Below are positions 25,430-38,318 of a stretch of DNA of 64,000 bases, one piece after another. The stretch is from Styela clava. Its lineage: Eukaryota. The stretch lies in the NCBI RefSeq assembly GCF_964204865.1, contig NC_135262.1:11966001-12030000 (forward strand). The letters are read 5' to 3'. The notes under the pieces were generated by a model. It saw only the letters and a program-made list of their open reading frames with translations, made no database searches and was not told the DNA's origin. The position numbers and the translations under genes were made by a program. Position 1 is the stretch's first letter; each line of letters starts with the position of its first letter.

Positions 25430-26120
25430 ATCTTTGAACCCGCGTACATTTGCACCCGTACATCTGAACCCGTAATTTGAACCCAGAACAATTGCACCTG
25501 TATACTATTGCACCTATGGACATTTGCACCTACGGACATTTGAACCCATACGTTTCCACCCATGGATTTTAGCACCCACATATAGATTGAACCCGCGGAC
25601 ATTTGAACCCGTGTACGTTTGCACCCGCGTACATTTGAACCCATGTACATTTGCACCCGCGGACATTTGAACCCGTGTACGTTTGCACCCGCGTACATTT
25701 GAACCCATGTACATTTGCACCGCGGACATTTGAACCCGTGTACGTTTGCACCCGCGTACATTTGAACCCATGTACATTTGCACCCGCGGACATTTGAACC
25801 CGTGTACGTTTGCACCCGCGTACATTTGAACCCATGTACATTTGCACCTGCGGACATTTGAACCCATGTACATTTGAACCCACGAACATTTGCACCCTGG
25901 ACATTTGCACCCGCGGACATTTGAACCCATGTACATTTGAACCCACGAACATTTGCACCCGCGGACATTTGAACCCATGTATATTTCCACCCACAGACAT
26001 TTGAACCCAGGTATATTTGAACCTGCGTACATTTGAACCCACGGACATTTGAACCCGCGTATATTTGAACCAACGTATATTATATTTGAACTCGCGTACA
26101 TTTGAACCCACGCACATTTT
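25430..26120 (+). repeat. Left arm minisatellite: ~16-bp units (ACATTTG[A/C]ACCC...) with a 64-bp higher-order repeat
   Basis: GACATTTGAACCCGTG-TACGTTTGCACCCGCG-TACATTTGAACCCATG-TACATTTGCACCCGCG repeats about four times from ~25598. Confidence 0.95.
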
Positions 26121-26263
26121 CACAAAAAATGTTTGCCCCAACAGCAAATTCCAGTCGCAAATAATTTTCATGTTACAGGCGCAAGCTCAATATTCTAAAT
26201 TTCAACACTGTTTCATTTGTAGTTAGTTTTGGTGTATATGCATTTACCCGCTTCTACGAAGCT

Positions 26264-27354
26264 AACGTTATATCTACATTCGTTGTTGTACGGGGTACCC
26301 AGCGTAAGATGAGAACGTACAATCCTATAGTTATACATAGAAATTTGGTGCAGAAGTTTGGAACACTAAAATCGGTACGTGTGCTTGGTTCTGGGGATTT
26401 GAAAATTGAATGTTCAAACGAAAAGCAAGTTAAACTATTGTTGGAATGTGATGATATCGGCGGTAGCACAACCAACATTCCAGTGAAGACCGAATTGTTT
26501 GTAAACAATGATCAAAATACTAGAGTAGTAATTAGCGATGTGCCAACTGACATGGCCGATAATGAATTGTTGGACGCATTATCTGGACAACGTGTTGTCT
26601 TTGTAAAAAGGCTTAATAGAAAAATCGAAGGCAAGTTTGTGCAGAGTAAATCAGTTCTATTTTGTTTTAACACATGCATTGTACCATCAATCGTGACTAT
26701 CGGCTATATGCGATTCAGGACCAGAGTGTATAACCCTCCACCGATTCGTTGTTTTAATTGCAATAGATTTGGCCATGTAGCTAAAAATTGTCGATGTAAA
26801 GTTCGCTGTGCCAAGTGCGGTAGAAACCACGAATATAATAAATGTGATTCCGAAACTACAAGATGTTGTAATTGTGGACAAGAACACAGCGCCGCATATG
26901 GTGGCTGCGAAGTATATAAACGGGAACGGTTGATTCAAAAAACAATGGCGAGTACTAGACCACCGTATGAGGAGGCAAAGAACCACATTAAGCAAACTAT
27001 TTCAGAAACTGCGCAATTTTCGGCAAATGATTTTCCGGCTCTTCCCAGTAAAGTTCCTTTTCAAGGAAGTACACCTGTCCTTATGATTAGAAAGTCGAAA
27101 GATATATTGTCATCAGACAAGTCATCTCAACAAGCGCCTATTATAGGCCAATATAGTCGCCCCAATCTCTGGACCCAATACATTTTTTCGCATTTATCGC
27201 AGAAGTCATAAAAAATACGCTAGAGGTTTCTCAAAGTGGAAAAGAATGTGATGTTTACGCTATTGTCTCGATGTCCGCTGGCGCTCAATTTGGATTCGAT
27301 GTCGACGCTGGCAACCTTAATAATGCAATAAAACAACATTCAACCAAAAAGTAA
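26264..27354 (+). pseudogene. LINE ORF1 (gag-like, CCHC zinc knuckles), 5'-truncated, probable frameshift near 27150-27170
   Basis: CFNCNRFGHVAKNC, CAKCGRNHEYNKC, CCNCGQEHSAAYGGC. The frame is open back to the TSD. A likely true C-terminus (DPIHFFAFIAEVIK...STKK*) lies in another frame and ends at 27354. Confidence 0.82.
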
Positions 27355-30300
27355 AATTAACTATCATCCAATGGAATTGCCGTAGTATATACCGGAAACT
27401 AGGTGAATTGAAAAACTTTATTAGTGCTTCACACCCGAAACCTGACGTAATAGCCATCCAAGAAAGCAATCTCACACCAAAGTATAATCCTAGCATACCA
27501 GGGTATACCCTAGTACGCAAAGATAGATTGATTAGTAAAGGTGGTGGCATCTTATTTGTTATAAAAAATAATATATCTTTTGTTGAAATACCTTTACAAC
27601 TTTTAAATGGCGCAGAAGCTCAAAGTGTTAGTTTGGGAAATCTTAAGATAGTCAATGTATACGTCCCACCTGATGTTAGAATTTCTCAATATGCCTTCGA
27701 ACGATTTTTTGATCAATTTTCACGACAAACAGTCTTTTGTGGGGATTTTAATTCACATCATTTCTTGTGGGGTAGCCCAACAAACAATCAACGAGGACTA
27801 GCTCTTGCTGGAGCTATTGACAGCACAGATTTAGTAGTACTTAACACCTCTGTTCCCACTAGGATAAATTTATCCCATAACAGAGTAAATAATTGGTCGG
27901 TATTGGATTTAACAATAGCATCTCCTGATGTTGCCCATAGATGTAATACAATTGTGACCAACGAGTTACTGGGAAGTGATCACGTAATGGTTAAAACTTA
28001 TTTTAACGTAACACAAGTCGGTGACACAAGTAATTACATGGAATCATGGCGACTCGATAAAGCAAATTGGGATAAGTTCTCGGAATTATGTAAAACGCGC
28101 ATCAGTGAGAATATAGTCACAAGCGATATAAATGAATTCAATGATTTTCTTACAAATGCGATTATCTCAGCAGCAAATGAATCAATACCACGAACAAAAT
28201 CCTACACAAAAAATGGCATCCCATGGTGGAATGCTGATTGCGACAAAGCCATACGGCTAAGAAAAGCGGCGTTCCTTAAAATGAAAAGGTCGATGTCCAT
28301 CGAAAATGTGATAATGTATAAAAAACGTAGATCTGAAGCAAGAAGAATAATATTGAAGGCTAAAAGGCAGAGTTGGCATGATTACTGTAGCTCACTGGAC
28401 AAGAATGAAAAACTCAGCAACGTATGGAAAATGGTTAGGCGCTTCACTAAAAGCAAGGTATACGAACAAATCCCCGGCCTTAAACACAATGGTATAACAG
28501 CAATCGAAGATTCCGAAAAAGCTGAGCTTCTGGCGAGTTCGTTCTCGGCGGTCAGTAGCAATGAAAACTACACTCCGAAATTTCTTCAAAGAAAGATCGC
28601 ATTCGAATCCTCACATGACGTAACAATCTTCAAGGCTAATCACAAATTGGATAAAAATATCACAATGAAAGAACTCAATCAAGTTTTAAAACCAAGAAAA
28701 AGCACTGCTCCAGGACTAGACAAGATTTGCTACGCGATGCTTATAAAATTGCCCGCAGAATGTAAAGACATATTACTCAAATTGTTCAATTTGATTTTGA
28801 ACAAAGGGAGTATTCCAGATACCTGGAAACGCTCTGTTGTAGTTCCGTTTCTTAAATCCAATAAACAAAAAGACCAACCATCTTCATATAGGCCTATATC
28901 TTTAACTAGCAATTTATGTAAGGTCTTGGAAAGAATTATAGTTCGCAGACTGAAGTGGTTTGTTGAAAAAAAATGGCATATTATGTAGAGAACAGAGCGG
29001 TTTTAGGTGGAGGAGATCTACAACTGATGCATATCTAAAATTACACGATGACATATATAAAGCTTTACCAAGTAAAAGATCTGTACTTGGCATTTTCTTG
29101 GACATGGAAAAAACGTATGACATGGTATGGAAAGGAGGACTTTTATACAAACTATATAACATTGGTGTCACCGGGAAAATTTGGATTTTTGTTGCATCTT
29201 TTCTGACAAATCGTTCATTTCAGGTTAGAGTAGGCAGTCGTCTTTCAAGTATATTCTCATTGGAAAACGGAATTCCTCAAGGGAGCGTAATCAGTCCACT
29301 GCTATTCAATATAATGATAAACGATATGCCTAGTACTATTTCATCAGATAATGTTGGATTGTTTGCAGACGATAGCGCTCTATGGCACATTGGTCTCAAT
29401 ATTGAAGATTTAATCATTTCCTCTCAGAACTCGTTGGATTGCATTCAGTCCTGGTGCAATCAATGGGGTTTTAAGATCTCGGTCACAAAATCAATAGTTG
29501 TACTCTTCACCCGAAAGAGAAAATTACCACCAATACAACTACACATAAACGGTGTAATACTCCCAGTCAGGAATGAAGTAAGATACCTCGGAGTCTATTT
29601 CGATAGGCGCTTAAATTATAAGAGACATATCGAATATGTTGTACAAAAATGTAGTAAACGGATTAATCTGCTGCGTTTGCTTATTGGAACTAGCTGGGGA
29701 GCTAACAAATCACCCCTTTTGTCATTGTACAGATCCCTAGTTCGACCCATTATTGAATATGGTATGGAAGCCTATTTTTCAGCATCAATAAATGCCATAA
29801 GAAAAATCGAAATTATCCAATCTCAATGTCTACGCATCGCTGCAGGTGGCATGATGAGTACGCCTAAAATTGCTTTACAAGTTTGTTGTAATGAGATGCC
29901 ATTGAGTATACGACGACTACAATTATGCCTCTTATATAAGGCTAAACTGCTAACATTTGTTGACCATCCTTGCCACGAAGTCATCGAACACTCATGGCAT
30001 GAAATATTTCCCAACTCTCCAGCATTTCGTACATTTGGTATGATTGCAAGGACTTTCGATATTGACAAATTGGATATTAGTATTATTAAAGCCGAAGAAA
30101 TTCCCCCATGGTATTTGGACGAAATTAATATCGACGATGCATTATCGAATATACTTTTTCCTTGGTATACGCCCGACCAAACAAAAGCTATAAGTTTGGA
30201 ATATATAAATGAATCCTATCAATCACACGTGCATATCTATATCGATGGGTCAAAAATTGATGACAAATGCGGTGCTGCGGTTTATGTTCCATATAATAAT

Positions 30301-31071
30301 TCTCGTATGTGTTTTAGGCTAGACAAAGACTGTTCCTCGTTTGATTGCGAAGTTTTTGTAATATATAGTGCCCTTACATGGTCAAAAAATAACTATAAAA
30401 GGAATATACTTGTCATATCGGATTGTATGTCTGCTATACACGCTATAAATAATAACTCGGATCAAATTAGTAATATATCTTCAAATATTCAGACTTGTCT
30501 TTTTGAGTTACAGGAACAAGGATGCAAAATCACACTAATATGGGCTCCAGGGCATGTTGGCATTCCGGGTAACGAAGTCGCCGACAAAATAGCAAAGGTA
30601 TCAGCGGCGAAAGTCGATGTGGACAAAAGATTATCCCAATCACAAAACAAAGTCAAATCACAAATTCGACAATTCTGCGCTAATAAATGGGATCAACATT
30701 TTATACAAAGTGACCAAGCGTTTCATAACACGACAATTTTCCCCTCAATTGAAGACAGCATCAAAAATTCCACTTGGTCACCACGAATAATGGACAAAAT
30801 TTTATTTCGACTTCAGACGGGACATTGCCGTTTAAATGGGCACCTCCATAAAATAGGATGCCATAATAATGGACTTTGCGATTTCTGTAATGATCCAGAG
30901 ACAGTAGAACATTTTCTAATGAACTGTCGTGCATATAGAAATGAAAGACGCATACTAAAGATGAAATGCCGCGATTATGGCATTGAATTTCAACTCAAAG
31001 CTATCTTACGCGACCCTAGCATTTTCCCTGCTCTTGTTGATTTTGTGAAATCTACCAAGAGAGTACTATAG
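27324..31071 (+). pseudogene. LINE ORF2 (APE endonuclease, RT, RNase H, CCHC) split by one frameshift at an A8 run (28966-28973)
   Basis: QWNCRS, IQES, GDFNSH, SDH; YRPISLTS, PQGS, FADD; YIDGSK, SDC, PGHVGIPGNEVAD; CDFC...EHFLMNC. Removing one A joins ORFs 27408-28988 and 28960-31071. Confidence 0.92.
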
Positions 31072-32212
31072 GCATATACAAAATTTTGATTTAAATTGTC
31101 TGGCGCAAAAGACTCAAATTGTTTAAAGCGCCATATATTACCATACCACACACACACACGAAGCAAGCATTTTTGAGTGTCATTGTAGTCCCTAGTCCGA
31201 GGGATAAACGTCTCTTAACGATATAAACAACATTGTTCTGCCAAGGTCTTTTTTCTTTTGCTGTTTTTTTTACATTGATATTTGTAAATCCTTATCTCCT
31301 TCGTTAGCCGCGATCTCCAAAACAGACGATGACCTAGAAAGCGGTATTTCGTTGAAATACCTGAAACAAGGGCTAATACGGAACAAATATCTCACAGACC
31401 AATGAAGTCTTAAATGCGGGTCTTACTAAAACTAGCTTTACAGTAATATTTTTAGTGGTCAACTCCTATAAATTTGTTCTGAAATTATTGCACCGAAAAC
31501 GCCTACTATGATATCCCGCCTAGCATGAGATTTGGGAGCTCTGTGGCCACTTCATGTTTTCTTGCTAGCATGTTTACAAAATTGTTATATGTATGCATAC
31601 ACGACCACGCTTTACTGTTGAAAATGAGTGTTGTCTCAAATCAGGTTTTGCCAATTTTCCTAAAATCAATCTATATATTGAATACTATTGTCTGTATATA
31701 AATAAATAAACGCACAGATTCGTCGTTTCTAAGAAAATATGAAATTAAGATAATGAAACTATGTCATTTTTGTAACAACATGTTCATAGCCAAATGCCAG
31801 TTTTATTGAAGTATTAGTTCATTAGAATGTCAGAACAAAACTATACATAGAAATCGTAAGTCATGTAAATATGTTGAATATTCGAAAGTGAAGAAGTTTT
31901 AAAATCATTATCGTGGCCAAAAATGGTTTTTGCTGTTTACACTATTTAGAGTAAATCGAACATATTCAGCTAATATGGTCTGTTAAATATGATATTGCAA
32001 TTTACAAACGACGTCATAGGTTACGGATTACATTTATTTTAATATCTCAATAAAGTTATCACTCACAAATTTGTGTCGAATGGGCGATCAATTTTGAGAT
32101 AGAGTAGCTATGGACGTTTTACAAAATAGGAATTTATCAATTATGATACAATAGTTAAACAACAAATCAAAATAATGACGATAAACGAAATTTTACGATA
32201 TCACGATCAAAG

Positions 32213-33598
32213 TCAAATAGGCTGCATTTGAGCTATTGAGTGGAGATACCTCAGCTTGTCGGTTTCAGTTCCATATGAAAAAACTTTAACTGACAACCTA
32301 ACAGCAAGTTGTACATACTTTGATCTTTGGTGGGCCGTAACTCCTACATGAGCATTTGCCGCAGTCAGTTTGTAGACCGCAATGTCTTTTCGTAGGCCAT
32401 TCAGCAAACCCCATATACTCGGATGTTTGCATCGGAACATTCCTTGTAAGGCGTTGTGAAATCCTCATACAGCGTTTGTTGTTCTTGGGGCCGAAGGCAT
32501 CATTTCAATCTCTTTGGCATAGTTCCACAACCGAGGGGGAAATCTTGCTTCTCTTGGACGTGAACCCACTTGAGGTCCACGAATGTAGGTAGATTCAAAA
32601 TATTGCAAAAGTTGATTGCATTCGGGCGAATCTTCGAAGGTGTCGCAAAGCAAGGTGAAGACCTCGGCAACCTCGTTAATGGGAACAAAAGCCAGAGCTG
32701 CCAAACTCCTAATTTTCAGATTGAAAGAGGGTAAACATTCAAACTTCTCTTTCAATCCGATAGAACCAACTTTTTGAATTTTAGCTTGTGACAGGTGAAA
32801 ATAACATCCTTTAATATCGGCCAGAGGAAATTGTGCATGGAATGCATTGATAGCTGCTATTTCAAAATCAACAATGATTTTGGTAGGGTTAGCATTTGGG
32901 AAAATGATTTTCAACACTTCCCACATCTGAACGTATGTTTCTTGTCGCTTGTCTCGTAGGAAAAATACGCATGGTGGATAGGATGCGCCCACTTTACAGT
33001 GAATTGTATACAACTGGAAGAAAATACCGGGCACCACATCAAATGTACCGTCGCCAAGATATGTGACACTATCTAGATGTGCAAGTAGTGATCGATCTCC
33101 AATGGCCATTATCCGATGACGATCCTCCGGGCCAGTGTCATGCAAAATGATATCTAAATATTCGCTCGGAATATCAAAGCTTGCACTTGTAGGATTCGTA
33201 CGTGAACAATTTTTCTGTCGCCTTACTCTGCGTATATTGGCCTCCAGAGTCGACTTGCCTGGCAAGCGCATTAGTACATCTCTTGATCTATTATTCAATA
33301 CTTCACCTAAAATATATCTTGTCGATGTATTTGATGATGTTGATGCTGCTTCTTTTAATGTTGCACGGATGATCCCAACTTCAGTCTTAATGCTGTCGCC
33401 AGAATGACTGTGATATCCTAGTTCTTTTATTACATTTTCACCGATCGTAACAACAGTCGATTTACATCGAAATTTCCTAAACTGACGGCAGCGCCAATGA
33501 GTAGCATCTGAAACCCGATCCTTTCGCTTACAATATTCGTGGCCTTTGTAAATCAGTAAGTCGTTTCCTCTTGTGGTCTTGGAAAATGTAGACGCCAT
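32213..33598 (-). pseudogene. FLYWCH-MULE transposase, 461 codons with one in-frame TGA at 32465-32467
   Basis: N-terminal YKGHEY...WRC...CKS...HSH; DGTF, FFQLYTIH, DFE, GCYFHL, then RTTNAV*GFHN...KHPSIW. The two track ORFs are in the same frame. Confidence 0.9.
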
Positions 33599-33672
33599 GT
33601 TTCAAACTTATTTTCGCAAAGGGACTTGTCATCTTCGCTGCTGCAACGTCCTGAAGAAACAGTTTGGAATTG

Positions 33673-33784
33673 TCTGCGAGGGAAAAAGGGCATTGATGCG
33701 AGGAAAAACTTTGCGCGGGATCGAACTATCTGCGAGGGAAAAAGGGCATTGATGCGAGGAAAAACTTTGCGCGGGATCGAACTA
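33673..33784. repeat. Perfect 56-bp tandem duplication upstream of the transposase ATG
   Basis: TCTGCGAGGGAAAAAGGGCATTGATGCGAGGAAAAACTTTGCGCGGGATCGAACTA occurs twice in tandem. Confidence 0.95.
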
Positions 33785-33981
33785 ACACATCAGTTAAAAT
33801 CCTTGCTCGCGCTCTTCAAGAGTCGTCGACCGTTCAAAGCACAAATCATACTCCCCAATTTTGGGTCGCATTCTACAGCGGAACATTTTGTCCATTGAGT
33901 CTTATGATATCGACAACTGCGATGACAATGACAGACGGAGTATAATATAAATATATAATATAATTTAAATATTTAGAAAAT

Positions 33982-34165
33982 GGTGACCGTACATTTGAAC
34001 CCACGTACATTTGAACCCATGTGTATATCCACGGGTTTAATCTATATGCGGGTGCTAAAACCCATGGGTTAGGGCTAGTATGGGTTCAACTATCCGAGAA
34101 ACAAAAAAAATATCATAGGTGCAATAGCATACAGGTGCAATTGTCATGGGTTCAAATGTACAGCC
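33982..34165. mobile_element. Miniature derivative of the same MULE family nested inside it
   Basis: Begins GGTGACCGTACATTTGAACC and ends GGTTCAAATGTACAGCC, sharing arm motifs with the host element. No clear TSD. Confidence 0.6.
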
Positions 34166-34264
34166 TTCGAGTATATAGTCGAGAATTCCATGGTAATATT
34201 GATTGTTTTCGCAACGTATGCATTTGGAGAAAGAATCCTAAGTGTACCTTCCAATCCTATATAC

Positions 34265-34602
34265 CAGGGCTACTCAACTATTTTCACCAAAGCTCCGTTT
34301 ACGAAACTTCAAAATTACTGGGGTCCGGACATTACAGAAAATTTATTTCATCAAATAAGCGAAACTTCAAATTCAATATTGAATTAAATACAAGAGCAAT
34401 GAATGGCTCGCAAATATGGACACACATGTCGCACATCGGTACCAGTACGACAAACTGTACAGCTGTGTATTTAAATTGTATCAAAATCATTTAAAACTAT
34501 AAAACGATGCTTATGCTGCTAAAATAAACAAGCAAACGCGGTCCAAATTTTATGGTCGAAAGGTCCGGATTCGGACCGCGGTCCGCCAGTTGAGTAGCCC
34601 TG
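34265..34602. mobile_element. hAT-type MITE nested in the MULE
   Basis: 15-bp TIR CAGGGCTACTCAACT and 8-bp TSD CTATATAC at 34257-34264 and 34603-34610. Confidence 0.9.
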
Positions 34603-34669
34603 CTATATACTATAGTATATAGCATGGAAGGATAAGGGTGTATATGTAAAGACGCTGATATCCGTAAAT

Positions 34670-35022
34670 GCAAATGCCCATGGGTGTAGATGTTCATGGG
34701 TGCAAATGTCTGTGGGTACAATTGTACGCGGGTGTAAAAGTACGCGGGTGTAAATGTATGTAGGTTCAAATGTCCGCGGGTGCAAATGTACATGGGTTCA
34801 AATGTCCGCGGGTGCAAATGTTCGTGGGTTCAAATGTACATGGGTTCAAATGTCCGCGGGTGCAAATGTACATGGGTTCAAATGTACGCGGGTGCAAACG
34901 TACACGGATTCAAATGTCCGCGGGTGAAAATGTCCATAGGTGCAATAGTATACAGGTGCAATTGTCCGGGGTTCAAATTACGGGTTCAGATGTACGGGTT
35001 CAAATGTACGTAGGTTCAAATG
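34670..35022 (-). repeat. Right arm minisatellite of the MULE (inverted relative to 25430-26120)
   Basis: GGGT[T/G]CAAATGT units; reverse complement of the left arm but shorter. Confidence 0.93.
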
Positions 35023-35333
35023 TGCTGTCACCCTTAGTATGTATTCAGAACTATGCAAATATATGATATAAATTGTACACTTCATTGCAGGACTACTCGG
35101 TATATTTAGTCTTTGTTCAGTGATTCATCCGGGACATTAGTGGATGTACACTGCACAGATGTATATATATACGACAACAAATGTAACAAAGGCTTGAATT
35201 TGACATATGGACGAAAATTGATATTTTGCAGTATCTATTTTGTAAATCGCAGCCTATTAAATGATTTAGAAGTAATACGACTCGTACATTTTGGAAATTT
35301 ACTTCCGAATTGATAGATAGACAAGTCTCAGAT

Positions 35334-37208
35334 ATGAAGGTGATATGTGCAGGAATGTCTAAATGCGAAACAAAGTCTATGCATTCTGCATTGGAAGAAC
35401 TGGGGTATACAGTATGCGACTATATCGACGTGTTTGTTCACTTGGAGAAGAATTACATGAAATTCACTATCGAAGGTTGGAATTCTGAATTTCTATCAAT
35501 TTATAAAGATTACGATGCGTGTGTTGCCAGTCCGGCATATTATTTTTGGGAGGAATTGGTGGAGGTGTTCCCAGAAGCAAAGGTTAGAAATCATACATTC
35601 ATTCTAAAATTGTAAACATGGAAACGTTAATTAAGTGGCTTATCACTCTCATCATCAGCATATAAAATTCAGCATATAATTCTACATCAATATTAAAACT
35701 TTGGTTTTACTTCTACTATATAGCTAAAACAACTTTATTTCATTCAGTTTTTTGTTTTCCTAGGTTATATTGATGGTGAGAGACAATGATGAAATTTGGT
35801 ACAAAAGTATGAAGAAACAAATGATTGCGAGCGGTAGATTGCGTCGTTTCTACTATTCCCTTTTGTCGTCAACCTGGAGAAAATTTGCTGCATATTTGAA
35901 TAATCCATGTGAGATTTAAAGTTAGGATATTAAGTACTATACCGAGATAAACATATTGAAATTTGAACAAAAGTCGTTATTCCACACGTTGGAGAACGAG
36001 TGATATTGATAGTTCTATAATCTGATTGTATATGAATTTATACATTTGCAGGTTATCTTGCGTTTGGGCATAAAACAACCGGTATGTTCAATTTCACCTT
36101 GATCGATACACCAGTACTGCCTTTCAAGTTAGTTTATAGAAAACATATTGCTCATGTCATTCATGTAAGTAAAATAGTTTCTTTATCAAGTACATTACAG
36201 AAAATTATATACCTTCGGAATATACAATTGTTTCAAACGGACTCGACGTGTTTGGTATCGTGCCATACATATACAGTCAACCAAGTATACAAATACATCC
36301 ATTTGGGTGATGTACAAATACTGCCAATTCACAAGCATATTTCCCGTGTTAAGAACGATCAGCTGTTGTAAGGCATTATGACTTCATAGATTGCAATTTA
36401 GTGACATTCCTAACGGCTTACAATTACATTGAAACAATATAAATATAACAATATAGACTCTCGGATTTGAATGTTAATTTACGGAACCCCTGTACAGTCT
36501 TGGTGCAACAGGTTGAAAACCACTCGTCTAAACAAAAATCTCGTGTTGGAACAATCTGTATCACATAATCATAGTTTTGAGTCACTTTGCCAGGATTAGA
36601 ATATATATAATGCTCAAAATACATTTGTCAATATTAAAATGTTTTGGAGTTATATATTAACACAGCTTTTATGTATCGTTATGGCAACATCATTTTGAGG
36701 ATTACCGCTGAATGATGCTTAAAATCATAATAATGTTTTACATCTACTACACTTATCGTAAGCAACTTTGATCAATAGCAGTGTTGGAATTTCTGTAAGC
36801 ATTCATAACGCACTAATTATATCAGGTGTTGTGGGGCAATATGACTTCCCAGATTGCGACTTCCTATATATTCGTCCATTCGCCACGAGCAGCGCACGAG
36901 TAACGACCATAAGCAGTATCAGTTATATTTTCATCTGAATATTACTATTTATGCTTTTATTCTAGCATTGTCCAAAAAATCGACTTCTAATAATCCAATG
37001 CAAAAGTGATTGGAAACCGTTATGTGAATTTCTTGGTAAACCCATACCAACAAAACCATATCCATGGATAAACAAGGATGGTGAACTAGCGAATATGCTG
37101 TGGGAAATGCCTATTTTCAAGCAAGCTCAAAGAGAAATGTTAACAAATGTCACTATATTATTAGCTGGCATTCTGTGCTTGGGAATATATGTAGCAAAGA
37201 TGAAATGA
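35334..37208 (+). CDS. ST4: Sulfotransfer_4-like, 249 aa, P-loop G12E, possibly inactive
   Basis: Exons 35334-35582, 35764-35908, 36052-36164, 36966-37208, all GT-AG. Has SKCETKS and a one-codon deletion relative to ST5. Confidence 0.82.
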
Positions 37209-38318
37209 ATGATATGTTTCATTTTTGATATTGTTTTTATTTGTTGGCGTGTTTAGTTTATCTAGTTTGAATTATTCGCCAGAAAATTGTCTGTATTGAA
37301 AGAAGTCATATTTGTAGTGGATTAAAATTCCCTTTCAATACAGTATCTCGGAAATGCAGAAAACATAATTCAGAATAACTTTAAATGATTAGATTAGTTC
37401 ATTTCGAATTAATTCACATTAGAAATTTCTACAGTGGTACATTATCTTTCCGCATTTTTATATTGTAGTACATTGATTGTTTTATAATATACAATACCAA
37501 AACATTGTAAAATAGACAAACATTTTTATCTGAATTTAGTTCTCATATTGTCTAATTTGTCGGATGTAATCGTTTACCTACATTTTGTACTGTTTATTTG
37601 CATTTGCGTATGATCAATAAACGTAATTAAGAAGTTAAGAACCTTTGTTCCCAGAATGGATATCAGATCTAGTATTAGAAATCTGATAATCATTATGTAC
37701 TTCAACAACACTTTCGATGCGATATTTCGAAATAACGAAAATTCTTAAAGTTTGTGAGTGGATATGATATTATTCACGATAGTTTCTGTTCTTTTCAGAC
37801 AAAACTGTCACACCCTTGCAGTAATATTATATTGATATAATATAAGGGTTAATTGTATAAAACATAATATTAATAAACATAATAATATAAAACATTTTTG
37901 TTTGCCTGCAACTTTGTGAAAGTGAACTTGTTTTTCTTTGTGATATCAATAATCAAAGTCCTCATAAGTTCAGCCAGAAATATATACTGGTGTTGCGGGG
38001 ATCTATAAAAAACTAAAGCTCAATTGGACCTTCAAGAAGAATCTTAGAGACTTAAAATTATGAATCTATGCTGTTAATTGGCTCCATAAATGTTTTTTAG
38101 AAGTATTGATTTTTGTTTAAGTTATAATATTATTCGAATGTAAGCGCGCAAAATATTTTCGATACTAATTTTTTATTTAGGCGATTTGTAGACTTGCCCA
38201 TATCATCGTTCTGTCACTGTAAAAATTTACCATTACCTATGGTCTATATCTACATACTAGAGCAAAGTTTAAAAATGCATGTTTCATATAATATTTTATA
38301 ATTTTTTCCACAAATTAA

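Larger units (their letters stand above)
26263..31157 (+). mobile_element. 5'-truncated I-group (I/Nimb/Ingi-like) non-LTR retrotransposon with RNase H, inserted in the MULE
   Basis: Candidate TSD ACGAAGC at 26256-26262 and 31158-31164. ORF1 and ORF2 present. 3' UTR has a TGGCGC...GCGCCA stem and a TACCATACC(AC)n tail. Confidence 0.92.
25421..35032 (-). mobile_element. MULE/Mutator DNA transposon with long repetitive (foldback-like) inverted arms and nested insertions
   Basis: 9-bp TSD CTTAGTATG at 25412-25420 and 35033-35041, with a single copy at the empty site 48899-48907. GG...CC ends, inverted minisatellite arms and an internal FLYWCH-MULE transposase. Confidence 0.93.

Noticed and set aside
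25430-26120. Regular repeat array resembling CRISPR
   Set aside because: Units abut with no unique spacers, there are no cas genes, and the array is mirrored at 34670-35022 as a transposon arm.
25360-26171. Long ORFs of 195-237 aa (and those at 34497-35066)
   Set aside because: Translations of the stop-poor minisatellite in all three frames; not genes.
32465-32467. In-frame TGA as selenocysteine or programmed readthrough
   Set aside because: The position requires Glu rather than Cys, I saw no SECIS-like structure, and transposon decay is the simpler explanation.
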